A DNA stretch of 64,000 nt, taken from the NCBI GenBank assembly GCA_964199315.1, contig OZ116710.1:10416001-10480000 (forward strand), in the 5' to 3' direction. Origin of the DNA: Orbicella franksi. Its lineage: Eukaryota. Below the pieces are notes generated by a model, which saw only the letters and a list, made by a program, of their open reading frames with translations, was not told the DNA's origin and did not search any database. Position 1 is the stretch's first letter; every line of letters starts with the position of its first letter. Made by a program: the position numbers and the translations under genes. This document shows positions 1-12,844 of the stretch, one piece after another.

Positions 1-510
1 CAGTGGCCAAACCGGGCGAAAATAAGTCGTGAAAAGGATTTTGATAACGTCTAGGAGCTGAGGCAAGCTAAGAAATAGATAAGAGATTCTGAATCAGATC
101 TATACCAAACATCTCCCTGGTTTGAGTGAGTCCAAGACTTCATTTAGCCTCACGGTATCTCCAACTTCACATTAAAAAAAAATACTCTCCATCAATATTT
201 GCCTAATAGATGTATCACGCTAGGTCAATAACACGCATGTCTTGAACTCACCCTTGGTCAATAACCCATATTAAATAGAGTCTGCTGATAACCAAAAGCA
301 TTTAAATTACATCACATCATTATAATTATGATTAATCATATCCAGAGTTAAGTGATGACGTCTAAGTTGCGTACCCAGTCTGATGAAACAACAAGATGCA
401 TTCATTATAAAGTTTACTTTTCGGGCTTTGAAAAGAGTTTCCAGCTTGAAAAAATTTATAGATTCGTAATTCCGGCTCAGTTCTTTGACTATGAACCTTT
501 CCCTCAACAG

Positions 511-1136
511 CGTTAGCAAAGTCTTGCAGCAACTTAAAGAAGCTTGATTCTACTGCACAAAATGGTACATACATCATTGATCCTGATGGCGACGGAGGCT
601 TGCCTCCTTTATTTGACGTCACATGTGACATGAGTGACAGGAATGGAGTTGGCGTGACAGTCATCAGTCACGATAGCGAGACCAGAAATTTAGTGAGTGG
701 ATGTGATGGCCCAGGGTGTTACACGCGTGACATTCATTACTCAGGAGCGAGTCTTTCACAGCTGGCAAGTCTCACCAGAGTCTCCTCACACTGTGAACAG
801 TTTATCAAGTACGAGTGCCACGGCTCGAGTTTTAACTACGACAACAAAAAATTCGGATGGTGGGTGTCACGTGATGGCCTAAATACAAACTACTGGGGAG
901 GAGCCTCGCCTGGGAGCAGTCAACAAATCTGCGCATGCGGCATGTCCAACACATGCGCAAAACCCAATTCAGCTTGCAACTGCGATGCAAATGACTTTGT
1001 ATGGCGTGAAGACAGCGGTCTCCTCACGAATAAGACGCATCTTCCAGTTACACAACTGAGGTTTGGGGATACTGGGGGAGACCAGGAAATCGGTTACCAC
1101 ACATTAGGAAAATTCAAGTGCTACGGCATAACATAA
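511..1136 (+). CDS. Terminal coding exon of a contactin-associated protein (Caspr/neurexin IV)-like gene, fibrinogen-related domain
   Basis: The frame is open from a splice acceptor (ttccctcaacAG, 509-510), reading LAKSCSNLKKLDSTAQNGTYIIDPDGDGGLPPLFDVTCDM...CEQFIKYECHGS...GWWVSRDG...YWGGA...CACG...CNCDAND...WREDSGLL...LPVTQLRFGDTG...TLGKFKCYG to TAA at 1134-1136. These motifs match the Caspr fibrinogen-like region from recalled family knowledge. Upstream exons lie outside the window. Confidence 0.85.
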
Positions 1137-1681
1137 TTCTTTTCAGTAGCAGTCGGTGAGATCTATGCGGCTTAACAGACTGGAAAACTTGTCATGGAAG
1201 TTAAGGAGTTAAGTATATGTTTCACATATTGAACACCCGAATCAGACACCGATCACATAACATGGTAAAGGAAACAATGTTCAGGACCATGATGCAAAAA
1301 TTCTTATGGTACTCATCTCTAAAGCTTTTATGTAAACATGGTTAAGTATAATTGAAATGTACTGAATTGAATCCATTTTGTAAGCACTTTCTGACTGTAA
1401 GCAACCGTTACTCTGGGCGTTGCTACGTTAAAATATTACTATCTCTTAACTTAAACGTAAATCAAGGAGCGATTAGAGTAGAATGGTTTTAAAATACCTT
1501 TTGCAAATGCTCAGAGATGTTGAATGTTCATTTTTCGGAAAAAAATGTTTTTCTTTGGGGGAAAAACTTTATATTTCAGGGTAGAAGAGCATCTTTTATA
1601 AAAGGTCATCCATGGGTTATCAGCGAGCAATACCTAAACCATTCGCAATAAGAGCCAGAGCTTGGGAAAGCTTGGAGCCTA

Positions 1682-1903
1682 GAGGAACAGATCTGTCCAA
1701 GGACAAATACCGGAGCATAATTTTACAGTCAAATCGGGGGTATTGTGTTTAGTATCCTTCACACATTTTTCGCAACTCGCGGGAAGGTTTGAAAACTGGC
1801 GTATATCACTCGGATAATCCTTAGCTTAGCTAGGGCATATTCAGTCATGTGAAGCGTTAAGATCAGTCCCGAGCAAGCCAAAATATTTGATGGATTATAA
1901 ATA
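1682..1903. mobile_element. Partial (one-arm) copy of a palindromic non-autonomous repeat (MITE-like)
   Basis: Runs gaggaacagat..tccaaggacaaata..gagcata...tattgtgttta.tatccttca...aaaatatttgatggattataa, resembling a common coral palindromic repeat from memory. The other arm is not present here. Confidence 0.45.
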
Positions 1904-3622
1904 ACGTTAGCTTAATAGGAAATATTCTTAATTAGTTTGTAAACGTCTATAGAATCGATGCAAGAATAACCCCGCCTGATTCCATGCTTTCCCTGATATT
2001 TAGCTTGTAAGGTTAACGAAACGTGTGTATTTTGAAGTATATCAACGGCTCTGGTGGAAACTGACCACTGCGGTTTTTGACCAACACTGGATCGAATGAA
2101 AGTTTAAACGGTGTATAATAAACTGTTTGTAAAGCTTTTTCGGCCAGGGGAGATTCATGCATCCCTCGTGTCTATCGACGAGACAAAAACTTAAAACAGC
2201 TTGCATGAAAAATGCATTCCAATATATATGACTTTTGATTCATCTGTCCTATGATTAGATACATGTTGCAGAAGTTCGAGTAACAAAGGGACAAAAACTT
2301 TGTACTGAGATTATTTACATCGTTTCGCAAACTTCTGTGCGACTGTTTTAAATATCTCCTCAAAAACAATCATCTCTAACAACACTAAAAGTCGAAAACA
2401 AATTTTGAAGTTTATGTGAAACACATGAAAGTACTGGTGAAATGAAACTGATGATGGAATTTTACTTGTGTTTGTGCGCAATTTCTCTGAACTTTGAAAT
2501 TTATTTTCTCGAGTTCCCTTTCCAATTGTTTGTCCGGTGTTATATATCAGGCAACTATTTATATCCTAAACTTTAAGAAAAGGTAAAAAGGACTGTAAAA
2601 TGCCTACAATTATTCTGATACAAGGGTTTTGTCTACTAAAAACTGAAATTACTCGATTTTCTGTAGGATTTCGTTTTAAACACTTTTTGCGCTTTACTGA
2701 TTCCTTAATTTTTCCTTCCTTAGATTTTAATTGTATCATTATATAGTATATATCTAGTATTAGGACCTCTATGTAAACCACTTTTAGTGATGGAGCTTCC
2801 TAATAAAAGATTGTTACTACTAATATTTGCATGTAACACTTAATTATAACGTATAGGAACTTTGAATATCAAAATATATTTTATTCCAGCCTAGAACTAT
2901 GTACAGTATCTGGTTAAAATTAATCAAACCACACTACATTTAAATCTGGTTCACTACTAACCTTATCTATACAGGCATTTTGTTATTTGATTTGTCTTTT
3001 TTTCTTTTTGTTTAGTTCATCTGCTATAATTTTTACTACAAATATTTTATCTTTAAATTAATAGGGTTCTTGTCAATGACTGTATAATTGTTATACTTAC
3101 GGGAGCAACCCATATAAATATGAAAAATTAAAAAAATTTACCAATCATGTCTGGCGTTGGACGCAATTTAAAGAGTCCTACTGACTCAGGAATGTTGCAG
3201 CAAGATTTCTTGATCCACAACGAAAATACAATCTAACATTATTAGCGCAAGAAAACTATTAAATAAAAATAGCTTTGGTCTGTATTCACAATATCTGAAT
3301 TTTTCGTCTGACAATAGCATTAATAAGGACTGAATTGTAGCTCCTATGAGTTCTCCACAAGCAGACAGGCCAATAAAGTCTTATTAATTTGAGCTAAAAT
3401 TCAATTAAATTTGCTGTTCAAAGTTATGCCCCTCTAAGTCTTCTCCTTTGCTTAATTAATTCATTAAAGATTTGATTGATTTCTTTAAAATCGAACAATG
3501 TGATGGCCGCGAGAAGTTGGAGGAAGCTGGTTTGCCAGTCAATTTATTACTTTCCATTTTATCAATTCAGCTTTTTAAACGGTGGAGGCTTGCCAATAAA
3601 GATTCATTTACATAATAATCAT

Positions 3623-5209
3623 TTACACAATTATTTCCTCATCCGGCGATTGTGACAAGTAAACCAGGACCACGCCTGGCCTGCGAGCATCATCCTGAGC
3701 AGTTGTCGGTGTCTCCTTTCTATTGCTGCTGCTTTCTTCGTGATTATCTTCACTAATTTCTTGAATAGGAGACGGCGGACGGTTCGGTACATGTAGAGAG
3801 GAGAGGGAGAGACGAGTCGAGTTTCCCGGCCCAGCCAGAGTTAAGACAGGCCTGGAGAAAGATGATCGACTGGTCAAATACGTAGGTGAAACGGGGCGTA
3901 CAGAGGTTTCTGGATCATTTCGGGCAAGCACAAAGGCAGAGTGTGTTGTTGAACTCGGCAGGTGCGACGATGTGTGGTAGCGAAGTGCCGGAGTCGATCT
4001 GTAGTAAGGCGGGGTGTACCGGGTTGCTGTTGCAGTAAGAACTGGAGTTTGGACTCCAGTATATGTAGCTGAGCTTGGTCTTGATCTTGGCAGGTTACGA
4101 TGAGTGATGTGTTCCCTTAGGACCACCCCAGACACAGACAAAGGCGAAGGCTGTTGTATTTGGCTTGGGGACAACTCATAGCGTCTAACTCTTCCTTGGG
4201 GAGGGAGGCCGGAACCCGGTTGGCCTACACCTGACCGATGCGAAGGCACGTTTAGGTGCGGGGTTCTATCCTGAGGAACTGCAGCGGGGGTACCGGGTGA
4301 AGGTGAAGGTGAAGGTGGGCGAGATTGATAGGCAGGGGGATTTAGACAACTGTCTTCGGAAGTTGTGGATTCGAGACGGCGATTTCTACCACACACTCTG
4401 TCGTATGCAGGTGGTGGGGTACCCGTTGGCAAACTTTCGGATATCCTATATGGCGGACTCATTGGAGGTTGATAAGGTGGAGGTAGTGGAACAGAGTGTC
4501 GTCGAGCAGCACGACTGGAATTGTCCACAAAAACTCGTGGAGGTTCGTGTTCAGTTCGACGACGTTCGGGAACATGCGGTGGCAGTTGTGGTCTCCCGAG
4601 ACCAGGGCCGCGTTCATGCTGTTCCCGTATTATTCTCGACGAGCTTGGAATCGATGGCAATGGCGCTTCTGTGATGCGGTCGACACGTCTTCGTTCGTCG
4701 TCGTGAAATCGTTGGCGATGGATAAATCGCTGCGTGTCTCTTTCGGCTGAACCTTCGGTTGACCGAGAGTTTGATGTAGAATTAACAGTGGAGATTGTTG
4801 AACTAACACCTCTGCCATTAAAGATTTCCGACGACGCGAAAGCTACAAATTCCTCTCTACTCCGTCTGTACTGCTGTGTGTCTCCTCTCGCTCTGGAACG
4901 ATTGAACCTGAGGTAAATTATTATTAACCAGACAACAACGAAGATGAGTAACACACCAAATCCAATCAACGCTCCGGCACTTATCTGATCGATTTCGTTG
5001 TTAGAACTTTGAAAGTGTACAACAGCTATTATAATGATGGCTGTTAAGCATAACACCATTAGCCAGCATAGAATTGAGAGCCAGAAAATCTTTCTCCTCC
5101 GTAACGATGCTTCATGAGCAGAATTTCTTCTATTCGGAAGTTCAAGCCTTGCCTGCGGACTTGGCGGTCCATCTGGACGGGCAGTACGAGTAGAATGCTC
5201 ACTGCTCAT
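3623..5209 (-). CDS. Two-TM membrane protein with long Pro/Ser/Arg-rich cytoplasmic tail, multiple PPxY motifs and C-terminal EIIV (cluster gene 1)
   Basis: Uninterrupted 528-aa ORF in AT-rich DNA with a good start context (gccATGa). Two hydrophobic segments (IFWLSILCWLMVLCLTAIIIIAVVHF; AGALIGFGVLLIFVVVWLIIIYL) are separated by an 11-aa loop and followed by RFNRSRAR. PPPY, PPAY x2 and PPYY are in the tail. Confidence 0.88.
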   Translation of the reverse strand: MSSEHSTRTARPDGPPSPQARLELPNRRNSAHEASLRRRKIFWLSILCWLMVLCLTAIIIIAVVHFQSSNNEIDQISAGALIGFGVLLIFVVVWLIIIYLRFNRSRARGDTQQYRRSREEFVAFASSEIFNGRGVSSTISTVNSTSNSRSTEGSAERDTQRFIHRQRFHDDERRRVDRITEAPLPSIPSSSRIIREQHERGPGLGRPQLPPHVPERRRTEHEPPRVFVDNSSRAARRHSVPLPPPYQPPMSPPYRISESLPTGTPPPAYDRVCGRNRRLESTTSEDSCLNPPAYQSRPPSPSPSPGTPAAVPQDRTPHLNVPSHRSGVGQPGSGLPPQGRVRRYELSPSQIQQPSPLSVSGVVLREHITHRNLPRSRPSSATYTGVQTPVLTATATRYTPPYYRSTPALRYHTSSHLPSSTTHSAFVLARNDPETSVRPVSPTYLTSRSSFSRPVLTLAGPGNSTRLSLSSLHVPNRPPSPIQEISEDNHEESSSNRKETPTTAQDDARRPGVVLVYLSQSPDEEIIV

Positions 5210-7122
5210 GGCTTTCTTTAGATTCCCAGTCGGATCTCAAACGTTTTTAACTCCAACGAAACAAGGAAACGGCAATTTTTTGTCCTCAATGAAGTTTCGC
5301 GATCATAAAGGCTTAGACAATGTCGCTAAACTGTTTCTAAATCGGACGAACAACGGCGCATAATTGGTTCTATATTGATGCAGTAAAACTAGTCCACAAA
5401 ACATCATTCTTGCGGGAAGCGTTCCACACCGCGTCCGGTGACGTGTCAAGCCGTTGAAACTGATTTATATTGCAGTCTGCCCCGAGATTTTTCAAGTCTC
5501 TCCACTGAAAAATCGTGATCACGAGCTATCGTACCGTTTATCGACTTTAAGTGTCCCACGATTTTTGTTTACACTTCTTAATCGGACTGTTTAGCTTCTG
5601 AAAATGTCTTACAGTTTTCAGACCTGTTTTTTAAAAACAAGCTTAATTAAGTCAGCTTTGGAAAAGATATTGCATCAAAAAGCAAGCTCAAGCTTGACTG
5701 CCCTCTTCACGGTGATGAAATTCTTTTTGTTTCTTGACCAATAGTTTTCAATATCGACAACTATTAAATTTATTGCGGTTCTTTTGAATGGATTATTTTC
5801 ATCAAAACTAGTGTACCTCTCACGAAACGACTTACAGTCGACTTACATCTCCACAAAACACGAAGGATCCAGTTTCTTGAACAAAGAAATTCCAAGCTTT
5901 TAAGAAGTTTGATCAACAATATTGACAAACATTATATTAGGTGCGGTTGAAAAAGGTTTTCTTCGGTTAGTTTGCGTGTCTAGAATATAAATGGTTTCCT
6001 GCGGGCCACTACAAGCATAGCATTATTGTCATTTCCGTTTTTAAAGTGTGCATAATGGAGTTTGAAATACACTGTAACTGATATTAAGATAAGAACAAAA
6101 AAATTATATTGTCACGAAAGAAAGAACACTTAGAAAATATTCTTTCGAGAATGGGTCTTTCTCTAAAACATTTTTATAAATGCTATACTTCTAACTTTTT
6201 CGCGCTTGTTTTTCAAGGTTGTATGTTGTTTGATTTCCTTGTCTTTGTTAGATAACATCACCTCATCCGTTTTCAATATTGTTGTTCTGTTTGTTTTTGT
6301 CTCGTTTTCTCTCTGTTCATTTGTTTTTTGAAACCACTTTTGTCGTTCAGTTTTCCACTGATGTTTTAAAAAGTAATCTTACTTTTTTAAAAGTAATTAA
6401 ACTTAAAAGTTTAATTTGTTAAGGTGTTGCCGATATTCTCAGTTTTCGTCCCTTCACATTTCTTCGTTATGTCCTGCTTATCGAGAGCGTGTTAAGTTCT
6501 CCGTTAGGAAAAAAATTAAACTGAATCCATTTTTAAAGCCTCTTGACCACTTTGGACTAGGGACGCCACATATTGATAAAAAATACCTCGGAACCGTGTT
6601 ATAATTAGTACAATAGTTCTTTTGTCCGTCGGAGTACTTACCGCTAGAAGCCATATGATCCAGACTGTCTGTTGCAGACACTCAGATTGTGGTGAAGTGA
6701 AGCCATACACACGCAAACAAACGAGAGTGTAAAATGTGAAAAATGGTTAAGGCCATTTTTTCTCATTTATCTTGGTTTTCCTGGCCACGACCTGAAAGCC
6801 ATAGAAAATCATGTGTGCTCACAGGTAAAAAAAAAACCTGGCTAATACTTACCCGGATTGATGCTTCGGAAATAAAAAAAATTGTTCTTCAATTGCCCGG
6901 TGTGAGAGTTAAAACGTTAACACGTGTTGGATTGTTCATTAAGGACCATTTGATGAGTGATAAGTTTAGATTTGAGTGGGCGTGAATCGATTGTGATGTT
7001 ACGCATGAAAATCAGTACGAACTTATATTTGTTTTAACGGAATTTCTACTTAACCACGCTTCTCATTTTTTCGAGATTTTAGATTAGATTGACAACAAAA
7101 AGGTATTCATGTTGCCGAGTTT

Positions 7123-7518
7123 TCAAATAAAGCATTCAAGCGTGATTTTAACAGGTTCGGCCATGTTCAAATCAATTGGTCGATAAAGGTCTGATGTTGT
7201 AAAACATGCACAGTATTCAAATCTGGACTTTTGACTAAATAAACAAATTAATAACAGCGACTCCTTCAGCGACAGCTTAGTCAAAGCGAATGTACGTGAC
7301 AGTGTGTAGCGAGCAGTGCCAAGCCCCTGATTTTTGATCAAAATCTTTAAGTGCATGGAATTGCTTTCATTGCTTGCTGTATATTCAGTTGGAGTTCGCA
7401 AAAGCTTTTTCGTTCTTGGATCAATTCTTTCTCCAGTCTTTGAGTCAAAAAGGCCTAATGACAACGTTTCATCACAAGCTATGGATAACAACATGATATT
7501 AAATATAATTTTAGACAT
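7123..7518 (-). CDS. Possible small orphan ORF/exon with an N-terminal hydrophobic (signal-peptide-like) segment
   Basis: MSKIIFNIMLLSIACDETLSLGLFDSKTGERIDPRTKKLL..., 131 aa from the second Met. A possible acceptor (ttttccaAG) lies just upstream. No recognisable domain. Confidence 0.25.
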   Translation of the reverse strand: MSKIIFNIMLLSIACDETLSLGLFDSKTGERIDPRTKKLLRTPTEYTASNESNSMHLKILIKNQGLGTARYTLSRTFALTKLSLKESLLLICLFSQKSRFEYCACFTTSDLYRPIDLNMAEPVKITLECFI

Positions 7519-8983
7519 CCTTGGAAAATACATGCAATCGCAAGATATACTTTGCAGTAGCCGGTAAATAGTAATAATAATTTGCGTGACCCAAGAGAAA
7601 GAACAAAACTTTAGGGGAACTGGAACGAGTACAAAAGTCAGCGTTCCTGACTCCCGCAGTTATTAACAGGCTAAGAATGGATGGATGCCATCCTGCAAGC
7701 CCTTTAACAAGTTAGCGATAAAAGATAAATAACAGATTCTTGAGAACCGATGATCAAAAGTATTTTTGCTTCAAAATTTTTCTAATGAAATTCAAAACAG
7801 TTGGAGTAACTCAGGTTTCATTATCGGTTTGTTTTCATTTTATTTTGCTTTAATACTAAACTAGTAAGACACGGTGGGGAATGGGAAGCCAAAAGGTGCA
7901 CTGTGAGAATAATTTCTGAAACTTTACACTGTTGTACAACTCGTCATTCTCCAAAACCTTATGCTTTTAGTTTTAAAGATTTTGGAATTTTTGGCGGAAA
8001 ATGACGTTACGAAATTTGGGGGAAAATTTTGGCTTTAGTAATATGGGATGTCTAATGTTACTATTTGAAAGAGGTTTTGAAGAGAGTCTCGAAAATGAAA
8101 AAAAAAAAAAAAAAAAAAAAAAAGATTTCAAATATGTCTATCCACTCAAAACATATGAGGCTTTGAAATTTGAAATTTCCCGCAATTTTGTTACTAAAAA
8201 TAGCCCAAAATGGAAATTTCCTCTCAGTGTGCCCACTCAGCGTGAGATCATTTACATTCAGTTCACAAGCACACGAGACCATGGAGGTAACAGAGCCATG
8301 TTTACTGCACTACAAATCAGGCCAGGTGAAAATAAATTTATCTCAAAATAATCTAATAGAACAAATCGGTCACCGCAGAGAAAACTGCACAAGACAAAAT
8401 TCGTCACAAGCTCCCCTAAAATATTGAAATTACTGATTGAAATTGAAAAAAAAATTGAACCTTCTCGTCACAACTCACTGGTTACCCATTCCATCCTCTC
8501 TTCCGGGCCATGCTGTGGGAAAAAAAACAAACTTTACACTGAACAAGTCTTAGAAAGCATTTCCCCGCTGCTGTTCCTTGGATCAATTGATAGCATATTC
8601 GAAACATGGCAAGGCCTCACGATTTTAGCATTTGCATCGTTATAGCTGAAACTTTCGTGAATTTGATCAGTGAGTTCTACAGCAGTCAATACTTTGCCGG
8701 CATCAGACATGCTTGATTTTAAGAGACTAAACCTTATTCAGTACTTAAATATAATGCGGTTAGGGGTCGGCGGTTTAAGGTTGCCATTACCAGCGAAAAA
8801 AAAAAACCGTCTCGCAGACCTTAGTTTGAAATGCAAAATATATATAATATTCATCTTTACTGCAATATATTTTCACAGTGTCTCATTGGGCTGAACATTA
8901 ACCTTACTGCATAATTTACATAATTGTCTGACTTGTACAACATATGATATAAAAGATTATACACTCTTTTTTTATGTATGTAG

Positions 8984-9415
8984 GAATATTGTTTTCTTCT
9001 TTTTCAGGCCCAGGCTAAATATTCGTATTTTTCTGCCAATTTTAGGCTGAAAATATTCGTGGGAAAATTCTTAGGATGTAGCGTATGGCATTTCCGTTTT
9101 CTTGACTTCGATGGTGTTGAAGTAATTTTAGAATCCAGACTGCATGCAATAACGCCTGTTATGACACATAACTGCTTGCAGAAATGTTATTATCATCGAA
9201 CATACGGCTAGTGCGTTTTTGTTGTTGTTGTTGTTTTTTTTGGCTAGTTTTGCCGTGTAGAGAGAGGAAGAATTTTACACGGTTTAGTTAAAACTAATTA
9301 TAATTGTATCGTAATTACAATTTATTAACACGCAAAATTATATTCTTTTCAAAATCTCAGCTTCGGTTTTATTCTTAAAATAATCAAAAAATTCGCAAAT
9401 TTCAGCCTCGATATT
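8984..9415. repeat. Dispersed ~430 bp non-autonomous repeat, copy 1
   Basis: Collinear similarity to 42308-42790: gaatattg...ccaggct.aatattc...ctgccaatttt.ggct.aaa...atacggctagtgc...(gtt)n...ttttcaaaatctca.c.tcgg...tttcagcctcgat. Confidence 0.8.
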
Positions 9416-12400
9416 AGCTGAACCAGGATCAACGAGGATACAAGCGAGGAAAACGTGGCAAGAGGCCGCGAGGCAGACTTGCATTAGGGTGTAAAATGGA
9501 ATCCGACCTGTCATGAGGTCGGCGGCGTTCTAGTCACTCTTAGTTCATTTTAGTCGCGTGCTATGCATATGTAGGCGTTTTGTATCGCCGACACTTGAAG
9601 TGACCAAAAATATACAGTTTCGGTTGCTATTTTTAGGCCATCTTTGATTACTGTCCCTTTCGTTAGAAAACAGGAGGACAAAACAGAGACATAAATGGCA
9701 ATAAATTATGTTCTTTGGAATTCGAATCCGGTACAAAAAGTATCTAAAACAATCAGAGAGACTGGCTTTATATTCCAGAGAGAGGAAGCGAGGTCATTTG
9801 TCCAAGGACTACTCATTTTTCATAGACGATTGTCCAAGTATCTTTCCCCTATTTCTAAATATTTTTGTTTTCATTTTTCCGTGCCAGTGATTTATTATTC
9901 TTGATTTCCATATGAAGGACGCATTTCGCCTTAAATTTATATAATTTTACCTCAAATCCCGTTTATTATATTGCGTTCCTTAGGACTCGATTGCGATAAA
10001 ACTTTGTGCCAGACACTGCATGATCAATAAGTCACGTCAGGCGCAGTGCTGATAAAAGCAATATCGCGGATCATTCATTTGATACGCAAACTGAGGAATA
10101 GGGTTACTCAGGCTATTCTCGAAAAATTGGGAATAATTCATAGCGACAACACTGAAAATAGACTATTATGCTTCGCAGAATAATTTCGTAATTCGTAATT
10201 TTCTTTTTGTAACTGCTTGGAGAAAAAAAAAATGTCGCGGTTGTCTTTTATCTACTTCGCTGTCCGTTCTGCGCACTAGCCGATACAAGGAAAAAAGAAA
10301 AACGCTAGAAGGCTGATGAAGAGACAAATTGTCAAGCTAAAATGGGGTGAACCGAGTCCATGATTTTGTGTTTATTATTTCTATTCATTGCATGATTTGC
10401 ACGAAATTATAAAAAAAGGTTTCAAATTACAAAATTAGGATCAACTACTACAACTTCGCAAAGTATAGGACTATTGTGAAAGTACAATTTCCGATTCACG
10501 AGTCGTACAAGTATAAATTGAATCATGCGAAAAGAACCTTAAAGAATGCGATCTGTGAAATATGATAGAGGACTCGACAGAAGACTTCGCATTTTTTACA
10601 AAATATATAGCACTGAAAACCGATTTCTGACGGCAAATGACATGATACATTCGAGGCGTATACTCGTGGTCGTTCGTTGCAATAACAACCTAGATCCCAT
10701 GGTCTTTTCCCTTGCTTAGGGGCGGGACGGGAAAAGAACGAGGTTCGTTGCAATAATGTATTACTTGCCAAATCTGTAATTCATGTAATTGGTGGCTCGA
10801 GCAAGTTTACCGAAACCCGAAACTTGCGAGTCTCTATTGGCTTATCACCGATTACCACGAATGATTATCGATCCCGAAGCTTCGGACGGCGCTAACAACT
10901 TTCGAAACTAGTGGAAGTGCACGCGCAGTAGATTTAAAACTTGAATTTTTTCAAGGTCACTCGTTTTAAAGTATCATGAAAAAGTCCTTGTATTAGCAAG
11001 TTAAACAAACGTAAAGGAAACGAAAACAATAGACCAATTTCGAGATATTAAAATTCGGCCTAAAACAGTAGACCTCAGTACGAGGCTCTGGGGAGTAACT
11101 ACAGTGTTTGTGGGCTTTATTTCCCAGAGCCTCGTGCATGAGGTCTATTGTGTGTTGGCTGAATTTTAATATATCGACTGGTCGGTTATGGCAGATTCGT
11201 AAAGGCGTTAGGTCATGACTAGTAAATTCTGTTAACGTGCAGTTCTGACGAGCTATAAACCTCACATTGACAGGCGCAACAATCGTTTAGGCAAAATGAC
11301 AGCCCCAGAGTGCAAATTGACAAAGCAACATCATTTTTTTGGCATAATGACAGCCACATGACAAATGAAGATGATTTTCGACCGTTATGAATAACGCAAA
11401 TTGAGATAAACCTGAAAAATCTCGCCGAGGTCGCTGTTTTTCAAGTTTACCTGAGTCACTTTCTCTTGTCTGAATGCAATCCGTTTTAATCTCCTCTAAT
11501 TTCTCCCATCCATGCCTCTGTTTGGCTTCTCCATCTGTGTTTCTTTTAAGTCCTTCTACAGTTTTAAGCCATCTCCCTATTGTAGTAATAACTAGTTATT
11601 CAGTGCTTAAAAATTGCGTGACCAGCTAGCCCCAACTTTTATTTATTCTACTTTAACGCGAAGGCTCCCTGTAAACGTGTTTGAGTTTGCAGGAGCTTTG
11701 AGTTTGAGTTTGAAATGTTCATTAAATGTTCTCTTTTTTGTGAGGCTGACGTGTCGAGCTTCACCTCATCGTCAGAGCAACATTAAAGCAGTTCGGTAGC
11801 CGGTGCGTGATCAAGTCATACCCGTTGAAATTCAGGCAAGAATATGTAAAGTAGCCATGATAAAAGCACTCGATTCGATGCCTTTTATTACTCTGAACAG
11901 CATCCTTTCATTTATCAACAATCAGCATATACACAATGAAATAATTCGAAGCCAGTGAGGTCTTAAATGTTTTTACGGTCTCTAGAAATTAACCATGCCA
12001 ACCGCACGTGTCCTTCTCTGTCTAAAACGTGATCAGAAGAAAATTGAGAGAAAGACGTTAAATTTCACAATTTAGCGACACAAAAGTGGTTATCGCTCCT
12101 TGGAACTCAATTGTGGGCTTACTTTGTTACCATCTGAATTTACCAGGGCTTACTAGAAACCTAAACAAGAGAATTAACCTTGCCGGTCTTTCAAAGCGAG
12201 AAAAGAGGAAAAAAAAACTGACTGGTTAATTATAATCAGTTAAACCCATGCCATCATGACATTTCCAATTGCTGCAGTATCCTGTTAAAGCTTATATCCA
12301 TTTAAAAAGATTTTAAAATTGATTGGATGTGACAAGCTTCCTAAACTGAATCTAATTTATTCACATTTGTGGACTTAAATACAATTTGCAAGTGCGCTAC

Positions 12401-12844
12401 TAAAATATCATAAACGCTTTTATACACGGCAATTTTTCCCGTTCCTATTTGTAACAGTTTTTCTTGATACCTTTCTCAAGTTTCTGATCGGGAATTTTTG
12501 TTTTCATTGATATCAAATGATATATAAACTGCACGTTCGATAGTTATTAATTTTATAGGGATAACAAGAGCAGCACTGCTTATTGCGCAATCTTCTGTCT
12601 AGAGGAAATGACTAACAGCAAAAAACACAGGAGCAAATATCAAACTTCATGAATGGCAAACAACAGAACGGAACTAAGTTCAAGTAAATCCTTTTTCCTC
12701 TGGTAACATATGTACAAGAATAGATACTACAGCCACCTTAAAACTTTGTGTTTCAAGCGGCTTCTTGTGTGATCAAATGTAAAATGCCATCCAAGCAACT
12801 GGTATAATACAAAAGGTTGTAAACTACGACGTTAATGGCGTGCG

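Noticed and set aside
4297-4916. Several plus-strand ORFs (125, 84, 61, 60 aa)
   Set aside because: Antisense shadows of the GC-rich 528-aa ORF, with no domain features.
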